64,000 nt of DNA from Akkermansiaceae bacterium (GTDB lineage: Bacteria > Verrucomicrobiota > Verrucomicrobiia > Verrucomicrobiales > Akkermansiaceae), in the NCBI GenBank assembly GCA_051251915.1, contig JBPOGF010000001.1, forward strand, positions 288,001 through 352,000, written 5' to 3'. The translations under genes were made by a program, and so were the position numbers. The stretch's first letter is position 1, and each line of letters opens with the position of its first letter. The notes beneath the pieces are model-generated. The model worked only from the letters and a program-made list of their open reading frames with translations, searched no databases and was not told the DNA's origin. Shown here piece after piece: positions 18,507 to 27,810 of this stretch.

Positions 18507-21230
18507 TTATTTGCGGCCTTTTTTTGCTCGGGAGAATCTGGATTGGCGGGTGGTGTTTGGTGGTTGTTCTGTTGAGGTAGGTGTTGGTTCTGGTGATTGT
18601 TGTTTGGTGGTTTCTTTGGTAGTTTCTTTGGGGGCGGGGGTAGGTGTAAGTTTTTGTTGGTTGCGGGATTGGTTCCATTTTTGGGCGAGGGCTAGTTCTG
18701 GGAAGGTCCAGCCGGTGCGGGTGATGAGGGCGTCTAGGAGGACTGCGATGAGTAGGGCGATGGCTAGTGGGATGCGGAGGTCTGCGTAGTGGAGGATGGG
18801 TGGGCGGATCCAGGCTTGGGAGAGGTCTGTTAGGTTTCTGCCGTTGGTCTGCTGGGAGAGGGTGCGGAGTTCTGCTAGGCGTTCTTTATCGAATGCCCAT
18901 TCTGTGCTGGAGCCGACGATGATGGGGCCGAAGGGGATGGCGTGGTTTCCGGCTTGGACGGAGCCGCGGATGAGTGTGCCTTCTTCTAGGTCGCGGGTGA
19001 CGGAGAATTGTCCTGGGGCGATGCGTTTCCAGGGGACTTCGTAGGCTTCGCCGCCGTGTTCGCCTTCGATGATTTTGATGCGGGGTGCGGTGTTGGCGAA
19101 TTTGGTGGACCATTCTTCTGTATCGTAGAGGAGGTCTATTTTGAGGCGGGTGCCGTCGAGCTGGTGTTTGAGTCCTAGGCCGCGTGGGAGTTTGTCACCC
19201 ATGAGCCAGCGGGTGATGGTCTGGGCGAAGTCTCCGTATTGTGCCCAGTTTCTGACTGAGGTGGAGTGTTCGCCGCCAAGTGGGAATGAGATGGCTGCGG
19301 TGCGGCCGAGGCCGCGTCTGATGTGGGCGACGAGTGGAGCTTTGTATTCGTCTGTGGAGATGAGTGATGTGGTGGCTTTGTCACGTGCGTATGAGAGGTT
19401 GTAGCCGTCGACTTGGGGCATCCAGGTGACTGGGGCGGGTGAGATTTCTGCCCATTGGCCGGTGGCGAGGGTCTGGATGGGTTCTTCTATGAAGGCTGAG
19501 CGAGCGAGGGTGACTGTTTCTTGGGCGAAGAGTTTGGGGATGTCTACTGCGCGGTTGGTGTAGAAGATGCGGCCTTTGCCGAGTTTGGCGATGTCTTCGA
19601 TGAATTTGGCGTCTGAGTCGGTTTTTGAGCCTAGGCCAATGACTGAGATGGTGGCTCCTTGGTCTGTCATTTCTTTGAGGAGTTTTTTGTAGGCACCGGG
19701 TTCTTCTGAGTCTGCGGCATCTGTGAAGAGGATGATGTGTTTGGTGCCGATGCCGGATTTTTTGAGGCGGTCCCAGGCGTATTTGAGGCCGGTGTAGACG
19801 TAGATGCCGCCGCCTCTGGATTCTACGCGCATGGCTTTTTTCATGAGCTGTTGTTTGTTGCCTTTGATGGTTTGTTGCTGGATGATGGTTTCTGGTTCTG
19901 AGTCAACGGCATAGACGGCGATGGAGTCCATCATGCCGAGGAGTTCGATAGCTTTGGCTGCGCCGTTGTTGGCGAGTTGCATTTTGGTGATGTGTCCGCC
20001 TGCTGGGCCGGGGACGGTGGCGGACATGGAGCCGGAGCGGTCCATGACGATGGCCATGGAGACGGCGAGTTTTCGTTGGTCGTTTTTGAGCTCCATGGAG
20101 ATGGGGAGGAGTTCATCGATGGAGGACTGGAAGTAGCCTCCGGAGCCGAAGGAGTGTTTGCCTCCGACCATCATGAAGCCGCCGCCTTGGTCGCGGACGA
20201 AGAAGTTGAGGGCGTCTAGGAACTTGGCTGGAACTTCGTGTGCGGGGATGTTGTTGAAGATGACGGCTTTGGTGCCGGAGAGGAGGCCTACGCGGAGTTT
20301 GGCTGGGTCCATGATGGTTTCTACGTTGATTCCTTGGGATTTTAGGGAGGCGGCTAGTGGGTCGTTGGTGTATTTTGTGGCGATGACGATGCGAGGGCCG
20401 CCGGTGATTTCGATCCATTTGTTAGATGCATTGTTGCCTGAGTGGGCGTCTTTTTCTGGGAGGATTTCTGCGGTGAATTCGTATCCGCCGGGTTGCAGTA
20501 TTTTGGTCTGGAATTCTAGTTTTCCGACTCCGTTGATGAGCTCTACGGTGGTGTCTGGGGTGCTGATGACTTCTCCATTTCTGTAGATGGTGATGGGGAT
20601 CTCGCCGTCTTCGTGTCCTCTAACAGTGACGCCTAAGAGGAATGGTTCTAGGGTTTGGGCACGGGTGGGGAGGTCTATGCGGGCGATGCGGAAGTCGTCT
20701 GTGGTTTCCTCGCGGACTAGGCGGTAGTCTATGGGGATACCGGCTTTGTTTAGCTTGTCTGCGATGTCATCGAAGGGTTCTGTGGAGTAGCCGTCTGTGA
20801 AGAGGAGGATGCGGGAGGGGCGATTTTCTGGTGCTAGGGCGAGGACGTTTTCTAGGGCGAGGGCTGTGCGGGTGAGTTTCTTATTGCCGGTGTAGTTGGC
20901 GGTTTCTGAGTTGGGGATTTGCTCTACGACTTCTGCGGCGTAGTCGATGTAGCGGAGGGTGTCTTTGCGAGATTGGTTTTGTTTGAGGAGCTTGTCCCAT
21001 TCTTGGAAGTTCTGGGCGATGAGGCCTTCAGTGGATTCTGAGCGGTCTAGGAGAACCCAGAGGTCTAGGGTGTCTTGTTTCTTTTGGATGGTGGGCTGGG
21101 CTAGGATGAGGGAGGTGAGGGCTACGGCGATTAGGCGTAGGGGTTTGAAAATTTGGGCCCGTTTCCAGACTAGGCCGAGGAGTAATAGGGCGGGGATGAT
21201 GTAGAGCCAATGTGGATTTAGGAAATGCAT
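18507..21230 (-). CDS. Membrane vWA-domain protein with glutamine-amidotransferase-like domain
   Basis: Two MIDAS-like motifs (DRSES, DRSGSM), GGGFMMVGG..SFGSGGY, and N- and C-terminal TM segments. Confidence 0.8.
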   Translation of the reverse strand: MHFLNPHWLYIIPALLLLGLVWKRAQIFKPLRLIAVALTSLILAQPTIQKKQDTLDLWVLLDRSESTEGLIAQNFQEWDKLLKQNQSRKDTLRYIDYAAEVVEQIPNSETANYTGNKKLTRTALALENVLALAPENRPSRILLFTDGYSTEPFDDIADKLNKAGIPIDYRLVREETTDDFRIARIDLPTRAQTLEPFLLGVTVRGHEDGEIPITIYRNGEVISTPDTTVELINGVGKLEFQTKILQPGGYEFTAEILPEKDAHSGNNASNKWIEITGGPRIVIATKYTNDPLAASLKSQGINVETIMDPAKLRVGLLSGTKAVIFNNIPAHEVPAKFLDALNFFVRDQGGGFMMVGGKHSFGSGGYFQSSIDELLPISMELKNDQRKLAVSMAIVMDRSGSMSATVPGPAGGHITKMQLANNGAAKAIELLGMMDSIAVYAVDSEPETIIQQQTIKGNKQQLMKKAMRVESRGGGIYVYTGLKYAWDRLKKSGIGTKHIILFTDAADSEEPGAYKKLLKEMTDQGATISVIGLGSKTDSDAKFIEDIAKLGKGRIFYTNRAVDIPKLFAQETVTLARSAFIEEPIQTLATGQWAEISPAPVTWMPQVDGYNLSYARDKATTSLISTDEYKAPLVAHIRRGLGRTAAISFPLGGEHSTSVRNWAQYGDFAQTITRWLMGDKLPRGLGLKHQLDGTRLKIDLLYDTEEWSTKFANTAPRIKIIEGEHGGEAYEVPWKRIAPGQFSVTRDLEEGTLIRGSVQAGNHAIPFGPIIVGSSTEWAFDKERLAELRTLSQQTNGRNLTDLSQAWIRPPILHYADLRIPLAIALLIAVLLDALITRTGWTFPELALAQKWNQSRNQQKLTPTPAPKETTKETTKQQSPEPTPTSTEQPPNTTRQSRFSRAKKGRK

Positions 21231-21231
21231 T

Positions 21232-23016
21232 TTAGTTGGCTGTTAGAGGTTTAGCCTGCTTGTTGGCGTGATGCCAGGCTAGGGCTAGGGCGGCGAGGAT
21301 GAGGAGGACCCAGTAGCGCCAGTAGGGGTCTCCGGTGGTGTGCTTGAAGACGGCGGAGGCGTTGGTGGAGGCTGGGAGGTAGGCTGTGTCGCACTCGGAG
21401 AAGTCTGCCTCGCGGGTGTCTGCGAAGTGGTTGGCGGCGGAGAGGATTTTGGTGTCTCCTTGTTTGATGTAAAAGTAGCAGGGTGATGCTGGGGCGTGGA
21501 GTTTGGTGTTGGTGCGGTAGGTGCGAGTGATGGTTTCTGTTCCTGTGAGTGGTTGGATTTGAAGGGTGAGGGGATTTTCTGGGGTGATTATCTTGGGGGG
21601 GGTGATGATGTCTAGGGGTTGGGAGGTTTCGGTGATGGCTTGCTGGTGGGTGGGTTTGGCTTCTCGGATGTTGTTTAGGAAGCGGTAGAGTAGGACGACG
21701 GCGGACTCGGATTTATCGATGTTGGAGAGGGTGATGTCGAAGTTGAAGATGAGGGATTGTTTGTTGCCAGGGACGGGTCTGAGGAAGACGAGGGCGCGGG
21801 TGCCTTGCCAGAGGAGGACTTGGTCTTCTGCTGTGTGAGGGATTGAGGGGACTTGGCGGAGGAGGAGGGATTGCCAGTTTAGGCCGTCCATGAGGGGGTG
21901 TTTTTCTGCGACGATGTTGCCTTTTAGGTAGGGTGCGTTTTTGGTTGGGGCGTTGTTGAAGCAGATGGCGTTATTGGTGAGTGTTGTTAGGGCGGTTTGG
22001 GTGATGAGCTGGGCGTCTGCTTCTTCTGGGGTGGTGACGGTGCGGGTGTTGGCGAATCCGGTGGTGATGCTGGAGGTAAGTTTTTCGTATGGTTTGTAAG
22101 CGCTGGCGTGGATGAGGAGGGTTTTGGGTTGGGGTATGATGAGGGGGAGGGAGTCGTCTAGGGTGAAGGAGTCTGGGGAGAGGACGAGTTTGGCGGTGGT
22201 GGAGCCGGCGGGGATGGCTCCTCTGAGTGAGATTATTTTGCGGGGTTCGATGGTGATGGATTTTTCTGGGGTGCGCTGGCCTTTTTGGTTTTCTAGGTAC
22301 CAGGTTCGGGTTTGGGGTTCGTTGGAGTAATTTCTGACGAGGGTTTGCCAGATGTGTTGGGTGCCTTGGGTTTCGAAGCTGACGCCGGTGAATCCGCAGT
22401 TGGGTTTGTAGCTGCCTATGGAGTGGATGTGGGCGTTGTAGGGGATGGACTTTTTAGGGGTGTCTGTTAGGAAAAGGAGTGCGCCTTCGGCTCCTGTTAG
22501 GGAGCGTGAGATGCGGAGGGCGTGGGTGGGGTCTGAGGCGCCGTCTAGGGGTTTCCAGTTGTCGATGGCGGTGAGGAGATCTTCCAGTGAGTGGCCGTGA
22601 TAGAGGCGGGATTTTGAGGTGTTAGACTCGTGCAGCCAGTATTCAGCTTGCTCTGCACTGTTCTGGAGGTTGGGGAGAATTTCTTTTAGCTTGGCTTTGG
22701 TTTCCGTGGTGAAGACGGACATGGAGGCGGAGCTGTCAAGGACGATGGCGATGCGCTGGGTACTGTTAGATTTAAGAAATCTGGGCTGGACTAGGAGCCA
22801 GGTGATGAGGAGGACGATGAGGAGTTGGAGCCAGAGGGGGATGGAATTCATGAGGCGGTCAAACTTACGGCCGCTGGCGGATTCTTTCTGGGTTTTCTCT
22901 AGGAGGAATAGGGTGCTGGAGGGGATGACCTGAGCTCTTCTCTGGAGGAAGTGGATAGCGATCACTATGGGGATAGCGATGAGGGCGAGAAGGCCTAATG
23001 GGTTAGCTAGGGTCAT
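21232..23016 (-). CDS. BatA N-terminal domain + vWA protein
   Basis: N-terminus NPLGLLALIAIP..IHFL..PSSTLFL, DSSASM MIDAS motif, C-terminal TM. Confidence 0.8.
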   Translation of the reverse strand: MTLANPLGLLALIAIPIVIAIHFLQRRAQVIPSSTLFLLEKTQKESASGRKFDRLMNSIPLWLQLLIVLLITWLLVQPRFLKSNSTQRIAIVLDSSASMSVFTTETKAKLKEILPNLQNSAEQAEYWLHESNTSKSRLYHGHSLEDLLTAIDNWKPLDGASDPTHALRISRSLTGAEGALLFLTDTPKKSIPYNAHIHSIGSYKPNCGFTGVSFETQGTQHIWQTLVRNYSNEPQTRTWYLENQKGQRTPEKSITIEPRKIISLRGAIPAGSTTAKLVLSPDSFTLDDSLPLIIPQPKTLLIHASAYKPYEKLTSSITTGFANTRTVTTPEEADAQLITQTALTTLTNNAICFNNAPTKNAPYLKGNIVAEKHPLMDGLNWQSLLLRQVPSIPHTAEDQVLLWQGTRALVFLRPVPGNKQSLIFNFDITLSNIDKSESAVVLLYRFLNNIREAKPTHQQAITETSQPLDIITPPKIITPENPLTLQIQPLTGTETITRTYRTNTKLHAPASPCYFYIKQGDTKILSAANHFADTREADFSECDTAYLPASTNASAVFKHTTGDPYWRYWVLLILAALALAWHHANKQAKPLTAN

Positions 23017-23949
23017 TTATAGGGTTTCGGGGAAGGCTAGTTCCCAGACTTTTTTGGCTTGGAGAATTTCTTCTTTTCTTCTTGTGGGGCTTAATTCCCA
23101 GGTGAGTGGTAGTGTGGGGTCGACGTGTTTTAGCAGGGCTTGGAAATCTAGTTCGCCGGTGAGGGGAACTCGGTGATCTCTTTTGGGCCAATATACGTCA
23201 TGCACGTGGCATCCTACGAGATAGGGGGACATGCTGGCGAGCCATTTTTCGTGGTCGAGGAGGTGGATGTTGTGCTTGAGCTGGACGTGGCCGAAGTCAT
23301 GCCAGTAGCCTACGTGTGGGTTGTCTTTAAAGTGTTCTTGGAGGCGGGTCATTTCTTCCTCGTTTGGCATGTCTTCGAATCTGGATCTGGATTCTACGGC
23401 GAGGGTGACTCCGACTTCTGCGGCTTTTTCTGCAATTTCTTCGAGTGCTTCTATGGCGCGGGCGTAGTAGAGCTTGGCGATTTTGGTGCGCTTTTTGATA
23501 AATTTGTCTTTGAATTTATCGTATTTTTTAGGGATATCGACATCGATTTTGTCTTCGACCATTTGGGTGATTTTTTTGGTCCATTTTTTAGGGTTCATGG
23601 GGACTGAGCCCATGTGGAGGACCATGTAGCCGGCTTCGAATTCTGCTGCTACGTCTAGGGTCTTGAGGGTCATGTCCATGGCGCGCTTGCGGTCGTAGGC
23701 GCGGTGGGATGTGTATTCGAATGCGTCTGGGGCATCGATCATGACTTCGACGGGGGAGGGGAAGAAGTTGTGGACACCGACGCAGTTGAATTTGCCCTCT
23801 TTATAGGCACGCTGGATGCCTGGGAGCTTGGTGATCATCATGCCGTGGCTGAGTTCTAGGTTGCGAAAGCCCATGTCGACGATTTCATCGATCATAGTGT
23901 CACCTTCATGGTGGCGCGAGTTATTCCAGCAGGTAGAGAAGCTTAGCAT
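23017..23949 (-). CDS. Sugar phosphate isomerase/epimerase-like TIM-barrel protein
   Basis: Metal-ligand pattern VLHMG, LAVE, WHDFGH, HVHD, DH and WE. Confidence 0.75.
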   Translation of the reverse strand: MLSFSTCWNNSRHHEGDTMIDEIVDMGFRNLELSHGMMITKLPGIQRAYKEGKFNCVGVHNFFPSPVEVMIDAPDAFEYTSHRAYDRKRAMDMTLKTLDVAAEFEAGYMVLHMGSVPMNPKKWTKKITQMVEDKIDVDIPKKYDKFKDKFIKKRTKIAKLYYARAIEALEEIAEKAAEVGVTLAVESRSRFEDMPNEEEMTRLQEHFKDNPHVGYWHDFGHVQLKHNIHLLDHEKWLASMSPYLVGCHVHDVYWPKRDHRVPLTGELDFQALLKHVDPTLPLTWELSPTRRKEEILQAKKVWELAFPETL

Positions 23950-23958
23950 GGTGTGATT

Positions 23959-24663
23959 TTAGGATGGAGATTCTGAGGGGAGGATGGAGTGTGATTTGAA
24001 ATCTTGTGGTGCGATGAGGAAGACGATTTCGCCTTTTGCTTTGTGGTGTGAGAAATGCTCGAAGAGTTCTTTGGCTGTGCCACGGTGGTAGGTTTCGAAT
24101 TTCTTGGTTAGTTCACGGGCGACGCAGACTTGCTGGTCTGGGTGGCTGGAGGAGATGATTTCTAGGGTGGAGAGGATGCGGTGTGGGGACTCGAAGAAGA
24201 TGGAGGTATTTTCTGATTCTGCGGCGGCTGTGAGTGCTTTGCCGCGTTTGCCTTTTTTGACTGGGAGGAATCCGCCGTAGAAGAATGCGTGGACTGGGAA
24301 GCCTGAGCCTACGAGGGCTGTGAGGACTGCGGATGGGCCGGGGAGGACGGTGTAGTCGATGTCATTTTCGATGCAGGCACGGAGGAGGCGGTAGCCGGGG
24401 TCTGAGACGGCGGGCATGCCGGCGTCTGTGATGACTGCTATGTTGGTGCCGTTTTTGGCGCGTTCTATGAGCTCTGGGGTTTTCTTGGCTTCATTGTGAT
24501 CATGGAGTGCGATGACTGGCTTGGAGACGCCGAAGTGTTCTAATAATGGGCGCGAGTGGCGGGTGTCTTCACAGGTGATGAGGTCTACCTCTTTGAGTGT
24601 TTCAATGGCACGGAGAGTCATGTCGTCACGATTGCCGATGGGTGTGGGTACGAAGTAAATCAT
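23959..24663 (-). CDS. rsmI: 16S rRNA C1402 2'-O-methyltransferase
   Basis: Motifs TPIGN, CEDTRHS, DAGMPAVSDPG, FFESPHR, ARELTKKFE and KGE. Confidence 0.95.
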   Translation of the reverse strand: MIYFVPTPIGNRDDMTLRAIETLKEVDLITCEDTRHSRPLLEHFGVSKPVIALHDHNEAKKTPELIERAKNGTNIAVITDAGMPAVSDPGYRLLRACIENDIDYTVLPGPSAVLTALVGSGFPVHAFFYGGFLPVKKGKRGKALTAAAESENTSIFFESPHRILSTLEIISSSHPDQQVCVARELTKKFETYHRGTAKELFEHFSHHKAKGEIVFLIAPQDFKSHSILPSESPS

Positions 24664-24681
24664 GATTTTGGTTAGACTCTG

Positions 24682-25212
24682 TTAGAATCCATTAGAAATA
24701 CAGGAAGTGATCTTCCTAGAGAGGTTGTTGATAGCGTCATAGATGGAGTCATCACGTGATAGACGTTGATTATCACCTACGAAAAAGCGGGTTTCGCCAG
24801 TTGTTTTTCCTGAGAGGAGGACCTTGGACTGGTTGTCGACGAGCTGCCATGTAGAGTGAATGGTGGCGGTAAGTTCTTCGGCACGGAGGGTGTCTAGGCG
24901 TGATGATCTGAACTCGTCATAATCAATTTTTTCAATGACGACTTTGAGTGTGGCATCAGACTGGGCTGGGGTGGAGACTTGGTAGGCTCCGTCATTATTG
25001 ATGAAGCGTACGAGTGAGTTAGTGGCTTGTGGGGCGAGTTTGATTTCTAGGGTTTTGTTCTCCACCATTGGGACGTAGATGGAATGGATTTCACGAAGTT
25101 CTTGCGGCTTGGCACCGCCTAGATGGTATCCTGAGCATGAGCAGACGAGCGAGGCTGAGGCTAGGATGATGCCGGCTTTGATGGCATTGATGGCTTTGTG
25201 AAATGGCAGCAT
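24682..25212 (-). CDS. lptE: LPS assembly lipoprotein LptE-like
   Basis: Lipobox followed by GYHLG, SIYVPM..N, ADATL-like segment; adjacent to a bamD-like gene. Confidence 0.7.
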   Translation of the reverse strand: MLPFHKAINAIKAGIILASASLVCSCSGYHLGGAKPQELREIHSIYVPMVENKTLEIKLAPQATNSLVRFINNDGAYQVSTPAQSDATLKVVIEKIDYDEFRSSRLDTLRAEELTATIHSTWQLVDNQSKVLLSGKTTGETRFFVGDNQRLSRDDSIYDAINNLSRKITSCISNGF

Positions 25213-25250
25213 GGTGGATGGTGTCCGATATTTGTGACCCTATGTTGATG

Positions 25251-26204
25251 TTACTGTCCGATTTCAACTAGGCGTTGTTGGGCTTTTTCACGGAGTGAGC
25301 CGGCGGATGACATGCGGATGACTTCACGGTAGTAGAATGCTGCGGATGCGCTTTGACCTTTGTCTTGGTAGAATTCTGCGATGTCGAAGCTGCGCTGGAC
25401 GTCTGATTTGCTGAGCTCAGCGAGTTTAGCCTTGGCATCTTTAGCGCGTGGGTGGCTAGGGTATTGTTGCTGGAGGTCGAGGAAAACGTTTCTGGCACTA
25501 TCGAGGCTGGCTTTGTTGCGGTTGCCTTTTGATGCTTGTGACATGAGGATAGATCCGGTGCGGTAGAGGGCTTCTGGAGTGAGACTGCTGTTGGGGTAGC
25601 GTTCTTGGACGCCACGGTAGCCTGCTATGGCTTTGTCAGTATCTCCACGGTCTTGCCAGACGGTGCCGATGGCGAACTGGGCTTTAGGGGCTTGTGTGGA
25701 GTAGGGAGCGTTTTCTCTGACTTTGGTTAGCATTTCTTCTACGTTTTTTCCTGCTAGTTTGGATTTTAGGCCAGCGAAGTTGTGCGTGATTTCTCCTTTA
25801 GCTGCGGCTAGTGCGACTTCGGATTGTTTCTGGATAGCGGAACTGTAGAGGTGGCTTGAGTTGTATTTATCGATAAATTTTTGGTAAGCATCGAAGGAAT
25901 CTAAGAGTTCACCTTGGGCGTAGAGGATGGAGGCTTCTTGATAACGAGCTTCTGGCGCTTGGGCTGAGAGTGGGTATTTGTCCGCGACTGTCTGATAGGC
26001 TTTGATGGCTGCATTGTTTTTTCCTGCGGCTTGAAGGCTTTTGGCTTCGGCGTAGAAGGATGCGGCGGTCTGGGAGTTTAGGCCTTGGACTTGACCGGTG
26101 GCAGAGAGTGGCTGATCTACGTCTGTGCTACAGGAGGTGGATAGCGTCACCAATAGGGCAGATAGGCTGACAGGAAGTAGCGAAATAGCATTTTTCAATT
26201 TCAT
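25251..26204 (-). CDS. BamD-like TPR lipoprotein
   Basis: Lipoprotein signal, TPR repeats with YP.S motifs, C-terminal IAEFY...AAFYY. Confidence 0.75.
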   Translation of the reverse strand: MKLKNAISLLPVSLSALLVTLSTSCSTDVDQPLSATGQVQGLNSQTAASFYAEAKSLQAAGKNNAAIKAYQTVADKYPLSAQAPEARYQEASILYAQGELLDSFDAYQKFIDKYNSSHLYSSAIQKQSEVALAAAKGEITHNFAGLKSKLAGKNVEEMLTKVRENAPYSTQAPKAQFAIGTVWQDRGDTDKAIAGYRGVQERYPNSSLTPEALYRTGSILMSQASKGNRNKASLDSARNVFLDLQQQYPSHPRAKDAKAKLAELSKSDVQRSFDIAEFYQDKGQSASAAFYYREVIRMSSAGSLREKAQQRLVEIGQ

Positions 26205-26533
26205 GGCCTTAAACTATGCGAGAGATACTGAATTGCCAATGAAAAAGCCTGTGTGCGGGAAATAGATTGTGTCTTATGCTCATAGATATGACTATTTTTA
26301 GATTCAGCATGAAAAAATTATTACGTTCGAGAAATTTGAATGATTTTGACTAAAGCGAAAGCTTTGATAACAACGAACGTGGTGCATGATATTATATTTC
26401 CAACTAAGTTGTTCACTGATCGAGTTAGTAATTTTATTGTCTGAGTGAAGGTTTTCCAATTTACAAAACAAGGAGCCTGTAGATGATGGCTAAGTTACAT
26501 TGAACAAACATCCCTAGTTGTAAAATAATTAAA

Positions 26534-27142
26534 ATGCAGAACCAAAATTACAGAATGTCCTTTACTCGTGGTGCACTTTTTAAGCGTGAATCACTCATTG
26601 TAGCGGATGAATACCTAGTGCGTAATACGTGGGAAGGCGTTAAAGACAATATAATCGATCAAAATAAATTTCAATCTCGTGCTTATTCTTCGCTGAAAAC
26701 CATCACTAAGGTCATAGTCTCACGTCTCCAAGAACTCAATGACGCTGAACTAAGCTATTTAGCAATGACCACCACCCAAGAGCAATCCTACTTGTTGTGG
26801 ATAGCAATATGCCGGCACTATCGGTTTCTCCATGAATTTGCTGTTGAGGTTCTACGTGAGCGTTATCTTACTCTGCATACTACTCTCAATCATGAAGACT
26901 ATGATAGCTTTTTTAATCGCAAGGCGGACTGGCATACAGAAATTGACCAGCTGACCGAGAGCACTCAGAAGAAGCTGAAACAGGTCGCCTTTCTCATGCT
27001 CCGCGAAACAGGTCTACTTACGGGAGACTATACCATCATGTCTCCCTTTCTTACTCCTGAGTTCGTTCAACTACTCATTGAACACTCGAACCAGACGGAT
27101 CTCGCTATTTTTCCAATCTCTGACCAAAACCTAGCATCTTGA
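26534..27142 (+). CDS. brxA: BREX protein BrxA (DUF1819-like)
   Basis: 202 aa; Y.MSFT.G.L..RES, LLWIAICRHY.F..EFAVEVLRERY, T.KKLKQV.F.ML.E.GL; first gene of the cluster. Confidence 0.88.
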   Translation: MQNQNYRMSFTRGALFKRESLIVADEYLVRNTWEGVKDNIIDQNKFQSRAYSSLKTITKVIVSRLQELNDAELSYLAMTTTQEQSYLLWIAICRHYRFLHEFAVEVLRERYLTLHTTLNHEDYDSFFNRKADWHTEIDQLTESTQKKLKQVAFLMLRETGLLTGDYTIMSPFLTPEFVQLLIEHSNQTDLAIFPISDQNLAS

Positions 27143-27759
27143 ATACCGAATTTTCAAAACTATCCGACAGTAAGAAATTTGACAGGCTGTTGAGGATTCT
27201 CTCAGATCCTTCCTTTTACAAAAATGAGGGGCTAGGCGGTGAACCTCCGTTTTACATCTATCCACATGGGGCTGAGGCTATCCTCGCTGTGGAGCAAATG
27301 CAGAAGAACCTTATTGCTCAACTCACTTTGAAAGGTATCTCTGTATTAGAAATTAATCTCTACGACACTTGTATCGGACTACTAAAAGATAGAGGCATTT
27401 TGGAGCAGGTTTTTCAGCTTGAATCCCAAGGGCAAAAAGATGTTTTGCGAGAAACACTAGGCAACGTGCTCGATCCAGCCACACACATTAGGCCTCTGTT
27501 CGAGCAGAAGCTCAGCGAGGAGAATCCTCAGCTGATTTTCCTCACTGGAGTGGCAGAGGTCTATCCGTTTCTCCATACAGAGGATGTGCTAAGCAATCTG
27601 ATTCAGTTACTCAGTAAAGCTCCATTACTGTTATTTTTCCCAGGCGATTATTCTCAGTCATTAGAAAAAGGCAGTAATCTTAACCTCTTTTCACGCATTC
27701 CAGGGAATCGATACTACCGAGCTATCGACATCACTCGTAAGGACTTTGCAGTCATTTAA
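27139..27759 (+). CDS. brxB: BREX protein BrxB (DUF1788-like)
   Basis: GLGGEPPFYI, INLYD, GVAEVYPF, LLFFPGDY and NRYYRA; TTG start overlapping the brxA stop. Confidence 0.88.
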   Translation: MNTEFSKLSDSKKFDRLLRILSDPSFYKNEGLGGEPPFYIYPHGAEAILAVEQMQKNLIAQLTLKGISVLEINLYDTCIGLLKDRGILEQVFQLESQGQKDVLRETLGNVLDPATHIRPLFEQKLSEENPQLIFLTGVAEVYPFLHTEDVLSNLIQLLSKAPLLLFFPGDYSQSLEKGSNLNLFSRIPGNRYYRAIDITRKDFAVI

Positions 27760-27810
27760 ATTTATCCATTTTTGCTTTTTTTAAAAAACTACTACTCATC
27801 TACCCAGACC

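Noticed and set aside
18364..18678. 105-aa N-terminal extension of the GreA/B-like ORF
   Set aside because: It overlaps the vWA gene and translates intergenic repeats; the family-like sequence starts at ATG 18363.
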